DNA of 50,748 nucleotides, from contig JAWOBF010000038.1 in NCBI GenBank assembly GCA_046498225.1, forward strand, positions 1-50,748, read 5' to 3'. This DNA comes from Candidatus Aegiribacteria sp. (GTDB lineage: Bacteria > Fermentibacterota > Fermentibacteria > Fermentibacterales > JCC-6). This document shows positions 26,960-36,528 of the stretch, one piece after another. The notes under the pieces are model-generated. The model was not told where the DNA came from, made no database searches, and saw nothing but the letters and a program-made list of their open reading frames with translations. The stretch's first letter is position 1. Every line of letters starts with the position of its first letter. Made by a program: the position numbers and the translations under genes.

Positions 26960-26998
26960 AAGAGCTGAACTGAACTTCTCCGGAGAGGCAGTGGACCG

Positions 26999-28072
26999 AT
27001 GATCTTCAGAGACATCAGCCTGGCGTTTCTTGCCTCGTTGAGCGTCAGCGTCCTGCTGACGCCGCTGGCCAGGATGACCGCCCTGAGGACCAGGCTGATG
27101 GACAGGCCGGAAGGGCGGAAGAAACACCTGATGACCACGCCCCTGCTGGGAGGCGCGGCAATATACATCGCCTTCGCCGTCACTGTGCTGGCGGGCATGA
27201 TGACGGTGGAGGAGGCCAACGGGTCGATACCGATGGGCTGGGGAACACTTTGTGTCATGGTCGTTGTTGCCGGCGGCCTGATGGCTCTGGTGGGCCTGGT
27301 GGACGACATTCTCGGTCTGAGACCATCGGTCAAGCTCCTGCTGCATACGGTGGCCGCCATCCTGGCGGGAGTCTTCTTCATCACCAGGGGGGCCATGCTC
27401 AGCCTGTTCCTCACGGAGAGCAGCCTGGCATGGCTGACCGTTCCGCTGACGGTTATATGGCTCGTGGGCATTACCAACTCGGTAAACCTCCTGGACCACG
27501 CCGACGGTCTTTCAGCCGGCACCTGCGCCATAGCTGCCATTTTCTTCACCGCGGTGAACGTCATCTCCGGCAATTTGCCTGTGGCCTTCATAAGCGCCGC
27601 TCTGGCGGGGGCCTGCATAGGCTTCTTCGTATACAACTACAATCCTGCCTCCATCTTCATGGGAGACTGCGGCAGCAACATGCTGGGCTTCATGCTGGGC
27701 ATAATCGCCGTCATGGGTGTCTATTCCACAGAGGGCACTCTTCGGGAAATAGCCATATTCACTCCCGTACTCATACTTTCACTTCCCCTGATAGACACCG
27801 CATTCGTGCTCAGGTACAGGTGGAAAACGGACAAACCGCTGTTCAACGCCGACCGCAACCATCTGGCCCATAGACTGATGAGGCTTGGACTGACTCACAA
27901 CCAGGCTGTAAGGGTCCTTCTGTCCATAGCGCTTCTGATGGGAATACCGGCGCTTCTCCTGTCCACGCTGAGACCCTACCAGGCTGTCCTGGTATTCGCT
28001 CATGCCCTGGGCCTGGTAATACTTTTCTCCTTCTTCATGCACTACGCTGAGAACAGGGGGAAGCAGGAATGA
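26999..28072 (+). CDS. Undecaprenyl-phosphate GlcNAc-1-P transferase (WecA/TagO, MraY-like)
   Basis: D.P..RK.H...P.LGG, GLVDD, N.VN..D..DGL, PASIFMGDCG, AD..HL.HRL. Confidence 0.92.
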   Translation: MIFRDISLAFLASLSVSVLLTPLARMTALRTRLMDRPEGRKKHLMTTPLLGGAAIYIAFAVTVLAGMMTVEEANGSIPMGWGTLCVMVVVAGGLMALVGLVDDILGLRPSVKLLLHTVAAILAGVFFITRGAMLSLFLTESSLAWLTVPLTVIWLVGITNSVNLLDHADGLSAGTCAIAAIFFTAVNVISGNLPVAFISAALAGACIGFFVYNYNPASIFMGDCGSNMLGFMLGIIAVMGVYSTEGTLREIAIFTPVLILSLPLIDTAFVLRYRWKTDKPLFNADRNHLAHRLMRLGLTHNQAVRVLLSIALLMGIPALLLSTLRPYQAVLVFAHALGLVILFSFFMHYAENRGKQE

Positions 28073-31000
28073 CCGGTACGTTCACCAGGATCATTCTGCT
28101 GGTTATAGCAGTGACCGTACTGGGCTCCATGGTCATGGTGCAGACCAACAGCAGGAGCAGCATACTGATAAAGGAGGCGATCTACGTGGGAGGAGCCGCT
28201 CTGGCCCTGCTTGCGGGAGCGGTCTCCATGTTCCTCACCGGAAGGATGGCAACGAACCGGATCTCAATTCCTCTGATGCTGTCCTTCCTCCTGCTCATGG
28301 CCTGGATAGTCTTCAGGCACTATACCGGAATACAGTCGGTAAACGGATTGAAATACATCTTCAGCACGCTCTCACTGGGTGCCCTGGCGTTCATGACCGC
28401 CTCCAGTCTCGACGGGAAGTCCAGGGATGTGCTCCTGTGGCTGACCGTATCTGCGGCCGCTGTTCTGTCGGTCTACGCGCTGCTGCAGTCCAGGGGTGTC
28501 ATACTGTTCTCCTGGGATGCCGGCATAACCAGAAGCGCCAGGAGTTCCGGCACAATGGGCAACGCCAACCTCCTGGGAAGCTTTTCCATGGCCATGATCC
28601 CGGTGGGCGGCGGTTTCCTTCTGAGCAGGCTCAAGAACGCCCGGCAGAGTTATGTCATGGCTGCCGTATTCGCGGCGCTGTGCGCCGCGGCCATGGTGGT
28701 CAGCAGGACAAGGGGAAGCCTGATAGGGATACTGGCCCTTGCCGCGGCGGTACCTTTCGTGCCATTCTTAAGAAGGAACAGGAGGAGACTGGCGGCTCTG
28801 CTGCTGGCCCTTCTTCTTCTCATCACCGGATCGGTACTCGTCCTTCGAAACCGAATGGAGGAGCTGCTCCAGACCGGGACCGGAACCCTCCAGGTAAGGG
28901 AGCTCATATGGTCCGGCACCCTGGATATGTGGCTGGCCAGTCCACTGGCGGGGTACGGCCCCGGCTCGTTCCAGATAGTTTTCCCCAGCTTCAGAAACCC
29001 CGATTACTTCTCACTGGGCGTGAGCCACAATACCCTCCACGCCCACTGCGAATACCTGGAGATACTGGTGGATACGGGTCTGGCCGGCCTGCTGCTGTGG
29101 GCCTCCGTGGCCTTCTTCATGGTCGGGATGGTGCGAAGGAACAGGGAAATCATCTTCCACGGCGAAACCAATGGCCAGTCCGGCCGGTGGCTGGCACTGG
29201 GCATCATCGGAGGCATACTGGCCCTGCTGGCGGAAGGACTGGTTTCCGTAGCCCTGAGATGGCCTCCCTCGGCTCTGCTGCTGGGACTGTTCTCGGGCCT
29301 TCTGCTCACATGCATTCCATCAGAGTTCAGCGTTGTCCGGGGTTTCAGGCGATACCTGGCGGGTACCGGTATGCTGGCGGTGGGTCTTCTGCTCCTTCTT
29401 GTAGCCCTGCCAGACTACATCGCCACCATGAGATCATCCAGAGAACTCTTCAGAGGGAAGGACATTCACCTCACGAGTATTCAGCCTGATATGGATAGGG
29501 CCATGGACGCCGCCATGGACTGGAATCGAGACAGGAGCTCCGAATCCATGGAAGCGGCCCTGAGGTATTACAGCCGCGCCGCCCGGTCAGCTGACAGCTC
29601 GGTCACCTGGTGCGAGGCCTCTGTGAAGACCGACCCCGACAATCTCGGGGGCTGGTACGCGCTTGGAAGCGCCTATGTATCCAGCGCCAGGCTCTACCAG
29701 CAGATATCTCCTCCCATGACCGCAATCATGAGGGCAAGCGGTATGGAACACGAGGACCTGCAGCGGGCCGAGAGCCTGATGCGCAGCGCCCTGGCGGCAT
29801 ACGATTCACTTACGGCCAGGGCTCCGAACTACGCTGAGGTGCATAACAACCTGACACTTGTCTGGATCAACCTGGGAGACCCGGACAGCGCCCTCGCCCA
29901 CATGCGAAGGGCCTGGGACCTCCACGTCCATAACAGGACACCCTATACCGAGAGGATCCGAATAATCAACCCGCTTACCAGATCGGTGGACGGTACGTAC
30001 ATCAGATGGCAGAACAACCTGGATTTAATCCGGAGGCTGATCGACACTGAAACGGGATTCGATCTTCTCCCGATGGAATTCCAGAGGATACTGTTCGATT
30101 TCGGCACCTCCTTCTACCGTTTTCCGCAGCTGGTGGACAGCCTGAACCTCTCGCTGAACCGGAAGCTGGAGGAGCTGGACCACCGGGACGCCCTGCGAAT
30201 GGCGGAGCTGACCGATTTCCAGGTGGACAATCTCGAACAGGGTCTGGAGCTTGTCGGGCATGTCCAGAACGGGGACACCTCCCTGGCGGAAGCCATCCTG
30301 GATGAGCTGGAACCCGGCGAAATTGAAGCGCTTCCGGTCCACAGGGCGCTGTACGGCGCCCTGTTCAGCAGACGTGGCAGCATATACGCCATGGAGCTCA
30401 TCGCCAGTACCACCAACTTCTTCCTGTGGAACGGCGTTGATGAGCTGGTGGATTTCCCGGTGAGCGTCACCTGGATGCTGAACGAAATGAACGCATCCCT
30501 TCTGGAGAGCGGCCTGGACACCGATGATGAGAGACACCTGTTCCTGCTGAACCAGATAAACATGATGGACATCGACAGGGCCATCTTCGAGATCATGGTG
30601 TTCCTGGGGTCATCTCCGATTCTGGCCGAGGCCTCACAGGACGTAAGGGATGAATATCAGGCCATATGGGAGACCATAGGCGGCCCGTTCTATTCCTACA
30701 TGGAATACTCCGGCGGAGACTCGCCGATACCCGTAATGGCGCCGGGGTCCCTGATGGGGTCCAGTTACGACAATCTGAGAACCCTGGTTATGGAAGATAC
30801 CTCGGACTCGGAGATGGTCCTGCTGGAGATCAAGTGGCTCTTCATTTTCTTCTGTAACTCCTACAAAGGGATACCGCACTACAGCAACCAGCAGGCGGGC
30901 CGCCTGGTATCGATGCTGGCCGATTCCAGGGCCGAACTGGTGGAGCTGACGGGGGAGAGCGAAGCTCAGTACATGCTGGGATGGGCGCTTGATCGACTGA

Positions 31001-31104
31001 ACCGCAGCGGAATGCTGCAGGTAAGCGGGGAGTTCTCAGGCTACGTCGACGCGCTGCGCAGCGATCTGACCATGGGCAGAATAACAGGGTCTGACTTGCC
31101 ATAA
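28069..31104 (+). CDS. O-antigen ligase (WaaL/Wzy_C) family protein with long TPR-like C-terminal region
   Basis: R..GTMGNAN, SRTRG, R..IW.....M....PL.G.G.G.F, HAHCEYL...GL.G; helical extension with PNYAEVHNNL. Confidence 0.85.
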   Translation: MTGTFTRIILLVIAVTVLGSMVMVQTNSRSSILIKEAIYVGGAALALLAGAVSMFLTGRMATNRISIPLMLSFLLLMAWIVFRHYTGIQSVNGLKYIFSTLSLGALAFMTASSLDGKSRDVLLWLTVSAAAVLSVYALLQSRGVILFSWDAGITRSARSSGTMGNANLLGSFSMAMIPVGGGFLLSRLKNARQSYVMAAVFAALCAAAMVVSRTRGSLIGILALAAAVPFVPFLRRNRRRLAALLLALLLLITGSVLVLRNRMEELLQTGTGTLQVRELIWSGTLDMWLASPLAGYGPGSFQIVFPSFRNPDYFSLGVSHNTLHAHCEYLEILVDTGLAGLLLWASVAFFMVGMVRRNREIIFHGETNGQSGRWLALGIIGGILALLAEGLVSVALRWPPSALLLGLFSGLLLTCIPSEFSVVRGFRRYLAGTGMLAVGLLLLLVALPDYIATMRSSRELFRGKDIHLTSIQPDMDRAMDAAMDWNRDRSSESMEAALRYYSRAARSADSSVTWCEASVKTDPDNLGGWYALGSAYVSSARLYQQISPPMTAIMRASGMEHEDLQRAESLMRSALAAYDSLTARAPNYAEVHNNLTLVWINLGDPDSALAHMRRAWDLHVHNRTPYTERIRIINPLTRSVDGTYIRWQNNLDLIRRLIDTETGFDLLPMEFQRILFDFGTSFYRFPQLVDSLNLSLNRKLEELDHRDALRMAELTDFQVDNLEQGLELVGHVQNGDTSLAEAILDELEPGEIEALPVHRALYGALFSRRGSIYAMELIASTTNFFLWNGVDELVDFPVSVTWMLNEMNASLLESGLDTDDERHLFLLNQINMMDIDRAIFEIMVFLGSSPILAEASQDVRDEYQAIWETIGGPFYSYMEYSGGDSPIPVMAPGSLMGSSYDNLRTLVMEDTSDSEMVLLEIKWLFIFFCNSYKGIPHYSNQQAGRLVSMLADSRAELVELTGESEAQYMLGWALDRLNRSGMLQVSGEFSGYVDALRSDLTMGRITGSDLP

Positions 31105-31124
31105 ACACCTGAAGGGACTAGATT
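31096..31124 (+). promoter_or_regulatory. Sigma70-type promoter of the rimP-nusA-infB operon
   Basis: TTGCCA-17 nt-TAGATT. Confidence 0.65.
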
Positions 31125-31161
31125 CCGGTGTACGAGCGCGCTGAGGAATCAGTTGATTCAC

Positions 31162-31187
31162 AAGGCGGTACCTTCCGCCTTTATTTT
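31162..31187 (+). terminator. Leader terminator/attenuator upstream of rimP
   Basis: AAGGCGG-tacctt-CCGCCTT followed by TATTTT, between the promoter and the rimP start. Confidence 0.65.
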
Positions 31188-31209
31188 ATATCGGAGACTG
31201 AAGGGAACG

Positions 31210-31635
31210 ATGGAGGAAACGGATCTGTTCGAACTGGTCGAACGGCTTGTAAGCGAGGCGGGGCTACTTCTGGTTGACCTTTCGGTGAAGAACACCGGCA
31301 GGCGATACATGATCAGGCTCCTGGCGGACAGACCCGGCAGGATCGGAATAAACGAATGCGCGAAACTTTCCCGGGCCATTCAGGACGCCATGGACGAGAA
31401 CCTGCTTCTTTTGAACGAGAACTACCGGCTGGAGGTCAGCTCCCCCGGTATAGGAAGACCCCTCTCCACCGAAACCGACTGGCTGAGGACGGTGGGACGC
31501 AAACTCACGGTGGAGCTGGAAGAGGACGGGTTCACGGACTGGCTGGAGGAGTACTCTTCCGGACTGCTGAAGTTCAGGGATGGCAGGGAAGTGGCTTCGG
31601 CTGATATAGTCAGCGCGGTGGAAGCGCTGGAGTGA
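31210..31635 (+). CDS. rimP: Ribosome maturation factor RimP
   Basis: I.I.EC..LSR, Y.LEVSSPGI.RPL; position before nusA. Confidence 0.92.
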   Translation: MEETDLFELVERLVSEAGLLLVDLSVKNTGRRYMIRLLADRPGRIGINECAKLSRAIQDAMDENLLLLNENYRLEVSSPGIGRPLSTETDWLRTVGRKLTVELEEDGFTDWLEEYSSGLLKFRDGREVASADIVSAVEALE

Positions 31636-31670
31636 CGGCCGGTCCAATGCAATGATGCGAGGAGTATAAA

Positions 31671-33077
31671 TTGTCGGAGAAATATCAGAGAATTGAAGCC
31701 CTGGCCGCGGTCATAAGGGAAAGCAAGGGTGCGAACCAGGAACTGCTCCTTGAATGGCTCAGAAGGGGACTGCTGGAAGCAACCGAGAGGGAGTACGGAA
31801 CCCCTCAGAATATAAAGGTCACCTGGGACCAGAAGACAGATGACGTCAATATACTGGCGCTCATGGAAGTGGTTAAGGAAGTGGACCCCGAGAAGGCCCA
31901 TCTTCAGATAACCAGGCGGAAGGCCAGGAAGATAGAGCCTGAGGCGGATATAGGCGACGAGGTGGGCGTACCAGTCGATTTCGAACAGTTCGGAAGGTCC
32001 GCCATCAACGTCTTCAGGAGGGAGTTCCACACCCTGGAAAAATCCGCCGAGCGTGAAAAGGTGTACGAGGAGTATTCAGGCCGAATCGGACAGCTCATAC
32101 CCAGGTGCGTCGTTCAGCAGGTATACAAGAACAGGGTGAACGTAAGGGTGGCCGGTCAGATAGAAGCCGTAATCCCTCCAGAGGAGAGGGCCAGGGGGGA
32201 AAGGTTCGAACACGGCGACACGGTCCTCCCGGTCCTGGTGGAGGTCCTGAGCCCGGACAGCACCGAACCTCAGCTGGTCCTGTCGAGGGCCACCCCAATT
32301 CTGGTCCAGCGGCTGTTCGAGAGGGAGGCTCCCGAGATAGACGAGGGGATAGTGCAGATAAAGGCCATAGCCAGAGAAGCGGGAGTGAGGACCAAGATAG
32401 CCGTTGCCAGCAACGATATAAGGATAGACGCGGTTGGAACGTTCGTGGGAATGAAGGGAATGAGGGTGCAGTCCGTGATGCGCGAGCTTAACGGCGAGAG
32501 GATAGACATCATTCCCTGGACCATCGACAAGAAGCTGCTGGTGACCAACGCCCTGCTGCCGGCAACCGTTCTCAGGGTGGAGATGGAGAAGGTACAGTCT
32601 CCCGAGACCGGCGCCGAGGATACAGTGATGGTGGCTACGGTCCCCGATGACGAGATAGGAAGGGCCAAGGGCAAGGGCGGCCATAACGTCAGACTGGCGG
32701 GAAAGCTGGTTGGCTGCCGGATCGAGGTGGAGGAGAAATCCGTCTGGGAGAAGCGGCAGCAGTGGGAAGACATGCTCCGGGTGGATATCTCGGAATTCGA
32801 TTCAGTCAGTGACAAGATGGCGGAGAGGCTCACCAGGGCCGGCTTCGATTCCGCGGACACGCTGATAGGCTGCTCCCCGAAAAGACTCATGGAGGTGCAG
32901 GGGGTAGGCCCTGTCACCGCGGACAACATCCTCAAGGAAGCGAAGAAACTCGTCCGGTCCAGAAGGAAGCTGGTGGATGAGAAAAAGGAGGAAGCCAGGC
33001 TCAAGGCCCTGGAGACAAAGAATATGGAGAAACCGGCGGAAGAAGCCTCGGAAGAGTCGGAAGACCCGGAGGAATGA
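31671..33077 (+). CDS. nusA: Transcription factor NusA
   Basis: S1 and KH motifs (LSRA, PEI.EG.V.I..IAREAG.RTKIAV, VG.KG.RV, GERIDII); C-terminal HhH. Confidence 0.96.
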   Translation: MSEKYQRIEALAAVIRESKGANQELLLEWLRRGLLEATEREYGTPQNIKVTWDQKTDDVNILALMEVVKEVDPEKAHLQITRRKARKIEPEADIGDEVGVPVDFEQFGRSAINVFRREFHTLEKSAEREKVYEEYSGRIGQLIPRCVVQQVYKNRVNVRVAGQIEAVIPPEERARGERFEHGDTVLPVLVEVLSPDSTEPQLVLSRATPILVQRLFEREAPEIDEGIVQIKAIAREAGVRTKIAVASNDIRIDAVGTFVGMKGMRVQSVMRELNGERIDIIPWTIDKKLLVTNALLPATVLRVEMEKVQSPETGAEDTVMVATVPDDEIGRAKGKGGHNVRLAGKLVGCRIEVEEKSVWEKRQQWEDMLRVDISEFDSVSDKMAERLTRAGFDSADTLIGCSPKRLMEVQGVGPVTADNILKEAKKLVRSRRKLVDEKKEEARLKALETKNMEKPAEEASEESEDPEE

Positions 33078-33150
33078 TACGCCGCCCGCATGAATGATGG
33101 ACGGAACAATATTATAAGGAACAGCAATTCAGATCGATGCAAGGAAGAGG

Positions 33151-35304
33151 GTGATTCCCTTGGCTGACACCAGTGAAGGAAAGAAGAAGAGAGTATACGA
33201 ATTGGCCAAGGAGCTCAATCTGTCCAGCGAGGCTCTTCTCAAGGTCATCAAGGAGATGAACATATCCGTCAAGAGCCATATGAGCTCACTTGCGCCGGAA
33301 CAGGTGGAGCAGGTAAGGAACAGGTTCGACCAGGAGAAGAAGGAAGCCAGGACCAGAACCGTCAGAAAGAAGAAAAAGAAGAAGAGAAGGCGTCACAAGC
33401 CCCGGGTTACGGCGGAAGCGGTCAAGACCGTCAGGGACACTCTTGCCAAGATAGACTCGGGCTCCGGGAAATCCAGACAGAAGAAGCGCAGGAAGCACCG
33501 GGAGGTGAAGACGGAGAAGCAGCAGGAGGTAACCGAAGCCGCCGAAATGGAAGCCGGTACCATCCGCGTTACCGAATACACCAGTCCCTCGGAGCTGGCG
33601 GACCTTATGGGAGAACCTCTCAGCAAGGTCATAGGCAAGTTCATGGAGCTCGGTGTCATGGCAACAGCCAACCAGCGGCTGGACGTGGAGACAGTATCGC
33701 TTGTGGCCGACGAGTTCAACTTCCAGGTGGAAACGGTCTCCAGCTACGGAGCCAGGGAGATAGAGAAGAAGCGGGTCAGCGCCGGCGGGACCGAAGCCGA
33801 AAGACCGCCCATAGTCACGGTTATGGGCCATGTGGACCACGGCAAGACCGCCCTGCTGGACAGGATCCGGCAGACCAACGTCATAGCCACCGAGTCGGGC
33901 GGAATAACACAGCACATCGGCGCTTACAAGGCCCAGATAGATGACGGCAAGGAGATTACCTTCATAGACACTCCCGGTCACGAGGCCTTCACCGCCATGC
34001 GCACCAGGGGCGCCAGGGTAACGGACCTGGTCATACTGGTGGTCGCGGCGGACAGCAGGGTAATGCCCCAGACCGAGGAGGCCATAGATCACGCCCGGGC
34101 CGCAGGTGTTCCCATGGTCGTGGCCATAACCAAGATAGACCTTCCCACCGCTAACACGGACCTTATCAAGAACGACCTCGCGTCGCACAACGTCCTCATC
34201 GAGGAATGGGGAGGCGATGTCCTCTGCTCCGAGGTCTCGTCCATAACCGGAGAGAACATAGACGACCTGCTGGAGAAGATCCTGCTGCAGGCGGAGATGC
34301 TTGAACTCACGGCATACCCCGACAGGCCCGCCAGGGGCACCGTGATCGAGGGCGAGGTGGACCCCAGGAGGGGAACCGTGGTAAACGTTATTATCGAGGA
34401 CGGCACGCTTAGGCTCGAGGACGATTTCGTGGCGGGGCGCTGCGCCGGAAGGGTGCGGGCAATGTACGACGAGAACGATAACGAGCTCGAGGAGGCAGGA
34501 CCCGGAACCCCCATACAGATACTGGGATGCTCGGAAGTTCCGGCGGCCGGAGAGCCCATAGTGGCGGTAAGCGATGACCACGAGGCCAAGAAGATCAGCC
34601 GAAGGCGCCAGCTGGTACAGAGGGAACGTGAGCTTCATGCCAGCAAGATGGTCTCCCTGGAGGATTTCTGGAAGAAATCCGGCGAGACCGAGGGTATCCT
34701 GAACCTGATAGTCAAGGCGGACGTGCAGGGCACGGCGGAGGCCATAGTGGACGCGCTTACCAAGCTGGGCAATGAAGAGGTGTCAGTCAACATCATAAGA
34801 AGCGGTGCCGGAGGCATTTCCGGGAACGACGTGAACCTGGCGGCCGCGTCCAACGCCGTGATAATAGGCTTCAGGGTCAGGCCCGATGTGCGGGCAAGGG
34901 AAGAGGCAACCGCCAAGGACGTGGAGATAGTCACATTCAGCGTCATTCATCAGGTGGAGGAAACTATCACCAAGGCGCTGTCCGGACTTCTCAAGCCGGA
35001 GGAGAAGGAGGAGTTCCTGGGCTCCGCGGAAGTCAGGGATCTCTTCAAGGTGCCCAAAGCCGGTGTGATAGCAGGAGCCTACGTCATCAGCGGAGTTATC
35101 AGGAGGAACGCGCAGGTGCGCCTGGTAAGGAACGGTGTGGACGTCTGGTCCGGCACTGTCAGTTCCCTGAAGCGATTCAAGGAGGACCGCAGGGAGGTCA
35201 AGTCCGGCTTTGAATGCGGCATAGGCCTGTCCGGGTTCAACGATATAAAGGTCGGGGACGTTATCGAGAGCTTCGAGATCGTCTCCGTGGCCAGGGAACT
35301 CTGA
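33151..35304 (+). CDS. infB: Translation initiation factor IF-2
   Basis: RVYELAKEL, MGHVDHGKT, GGITQHIGAY, DTPGHEAF, GFECGI. Start may be TTG 33160. Confidence 0.98.
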   Translation: MIPLADTSEGKKKRVYELAKELNLSSEALLKVIKEMNISVKSHMSSLAPEQVEQVRNRFDQEKKEARTRTVRKKKKKKRRRHKPRVTAEAVKTVRDTLAKIDSGSGKSRQKKRRKHREVKTEKQQEVTEAAEMEAGTIRVTEYTSPSELADLMGEPLSKVIGKFMELGVMATANQRLDVETVSLVADEFNFQVETVSSYGAREIEKKRVSAGGTEAERPPIVTVMGHVDHGKTALLDRIRQTNVIATESGGITQHIGAYKAQIDDGKEITFIDTPGHEAFTAMRTRGARVTDLVILVVAADSRVMPQTEEAIDHARAAGVPMVVAITKIDLPTANTDLIKNDLASHNVLIEEWGGDVLCSEVSSITGENIDDLLEKILLQAEMLELTAYPDRPARGTVIEGEVDPRRGTVVNVIIEDGTLRLEDDFVAGRCAGRVRAMYDENDNELEEAGPGTPIQILGCSEVPAAGEPIVAVSDDHEAKKISRRRQLVQRERELHASKMVSLEDFWKKSGETEGILNLIVKADVQGTAEAIVDALTKLGNEEVSVNIIRSGAGGISGNDVNLAAASNAVIIGFRVRPDVRAREEATAKDVEIVTFSVIHQVEETITKALSGLLKPEEKEEFLGSAEVRDLFKVPKAGVIAGAYVISGVIRRNAQVRLVRNGVDVWSGTVSSLKRFKEDRREVKSGFECGIGLSGFNDIKVGDVIESFEIVSVAREL

Positions 35305-35325
35305 CCGGAGGACGGAGGCTTTCCG

Positions 35326-35670
35326 ATGGATGAGAGAAGAAGGCAGAGACTGTCCACTGACATTCAGCAGGTCCTGGAGGAAGTCCTGGCCAGGGATGTT
35401 TCCGACAACCGGCTGCAGTACGTTCACCTGACCAGGGTCAAGCTGTCCCGGGACGGTTCACACGCCACGCTCTTCTACGAGACCACCGGAAGCGAAGAGC
35501 AGCGCGAGGAGGCGAAGGAGGCCATGGAATCGGCCAGGGGCTTCCTCCGTTCACGGATCGCCTCGAAAGTCAACATGCGGAGCGCTCCCGCCCTCTCCCT
35601 GGTTCACGACACCTCCGGCGAGAAGGGTGACCGGATACTGGGCCTCATCAGGGAGCTGGAAGAGGATTGA
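35326..35670 (+). CDS. rbfA: Ribosome-binding factor A
   Basis: D.RL....T.V.LS.D, A.GFLR, R.AP.L...D.S; synteny. Confidence 0.92.
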   Translation: MDERRRQRLSTDIQQVLEEVLARDVSDNRLQYVHLTRVKLSRDGSHATLFYETTGSEEQREEAKEAMESARGFLRSRIASKVNMRSAPALSLVHDTSGEKGDRILGLIRELEED

Positions 35671-36524
35671 GCCCGACCGGGACCGGAGCGGCATACCTGC
35701 TGGACAAACCCGCCGGAATATCTTCCAGGAAAGCCGCAGCGGGAGCAGCCGGCTACTGGAAATTCCGCAAATTCGGCCATGCCGGCACCCTGGACCCGGA
35801 CGCCACCGGACTTCTGGTGGTGCTTATGGGCAGGGCCACCAGACTGTCGCGGTTTCTCACCTCCTTCTCCAAGACATACAGCTTCGGAGTCCAGCTGGGC
35901 GTTCGAACCGATACCGACGACCTGAGCGGTAAGGTGATAGAAAGAAACCCGGTGGAGGGCGTGACGGAAGCGGATATCCAAAGCGCGCTCGAACTGTTCA
36001 CCGGTACGCTGCGGCAGAGAGTTCCCAGCTACTCCGCCGTCAGGGTGGGCGGGGTCAGGGCATACTCGATAGCCCGAAAGGGAAAGGTTCCGGAGACGCC
36101 GGTACGAACCGTTACAGCGGATAACTGGATACTTCACGAACTGGACGGGGAGAGGGTCCGGCTCTCGGTCACGGTCAGCTCCGGTACCTACGTCAGGGCG
36201 CTGGCCAGGGACCTCGGAGAAGAGCTGGGCACGGGCGGTGCCGCCTTTGATATAAGAAGGACGAGGATCGACGGTCTCGGCGTGGAGGAGGCATCGAGGG
36301 ACCATGAGGACCCCGGGGCCCTCCTGACCATGTCATCCGTCATGCGGGGCTTCCCGGACATTACCCTGGACGATGCCGATACCGAAAAGGTGTCACACGG
36401 AGGAAGCATAGCCGGCCGCATAGAGGGACTGGTGGCGCTGCACGACCCGGACGGGAAACTCCTGGCCATGGCGGAGGGCGACGGGTCCTTCCTGAAACCA
36501 ATGTGCGTACTGGTGGAGAGCTGA
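35667..36524 (+). CDS. truB: tRNA pseudouridine(55) synthase
   Basis: LDKP.G.SS, GHAGTLDP.ATGLL, P.YSA, SSGTYVRALA.DLG. Confidence 0.95.
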   Translation: MSPTGTGAAYLLDKPAGISSRKAAAGAAGYWKFRKFGHAGTLDPDATGLLVVLMGRATRLSRFLTSFSKTYSFGVQLGVRTDTDDLSGKVIERNPVEGVTEADIQSALELFTGTLRQRVPSYSAVRVGGVRAYSIARKGKVPETPVRTVTADNWILHELDGERVRLSVTVSSGTYVRALARDLGEELGTGGAAFDIRRTRIDGLGVEEASRDHEDPGALLTMSSVMRGFPDITLDDADTEKVSHGGSIAGRIEGLVALHDPDGKLLAMAEGDGSFLKPMCVLVES

Positions 36525-36528
36525 CCCG

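Noticed and set aside
33286..34638. Long antisense ORFs (this one, 13986-15317, 39121-40371, 47794-49110 and others)
   Set aside because: Shadows of well-supported genes, typical of high-GC codon bias.
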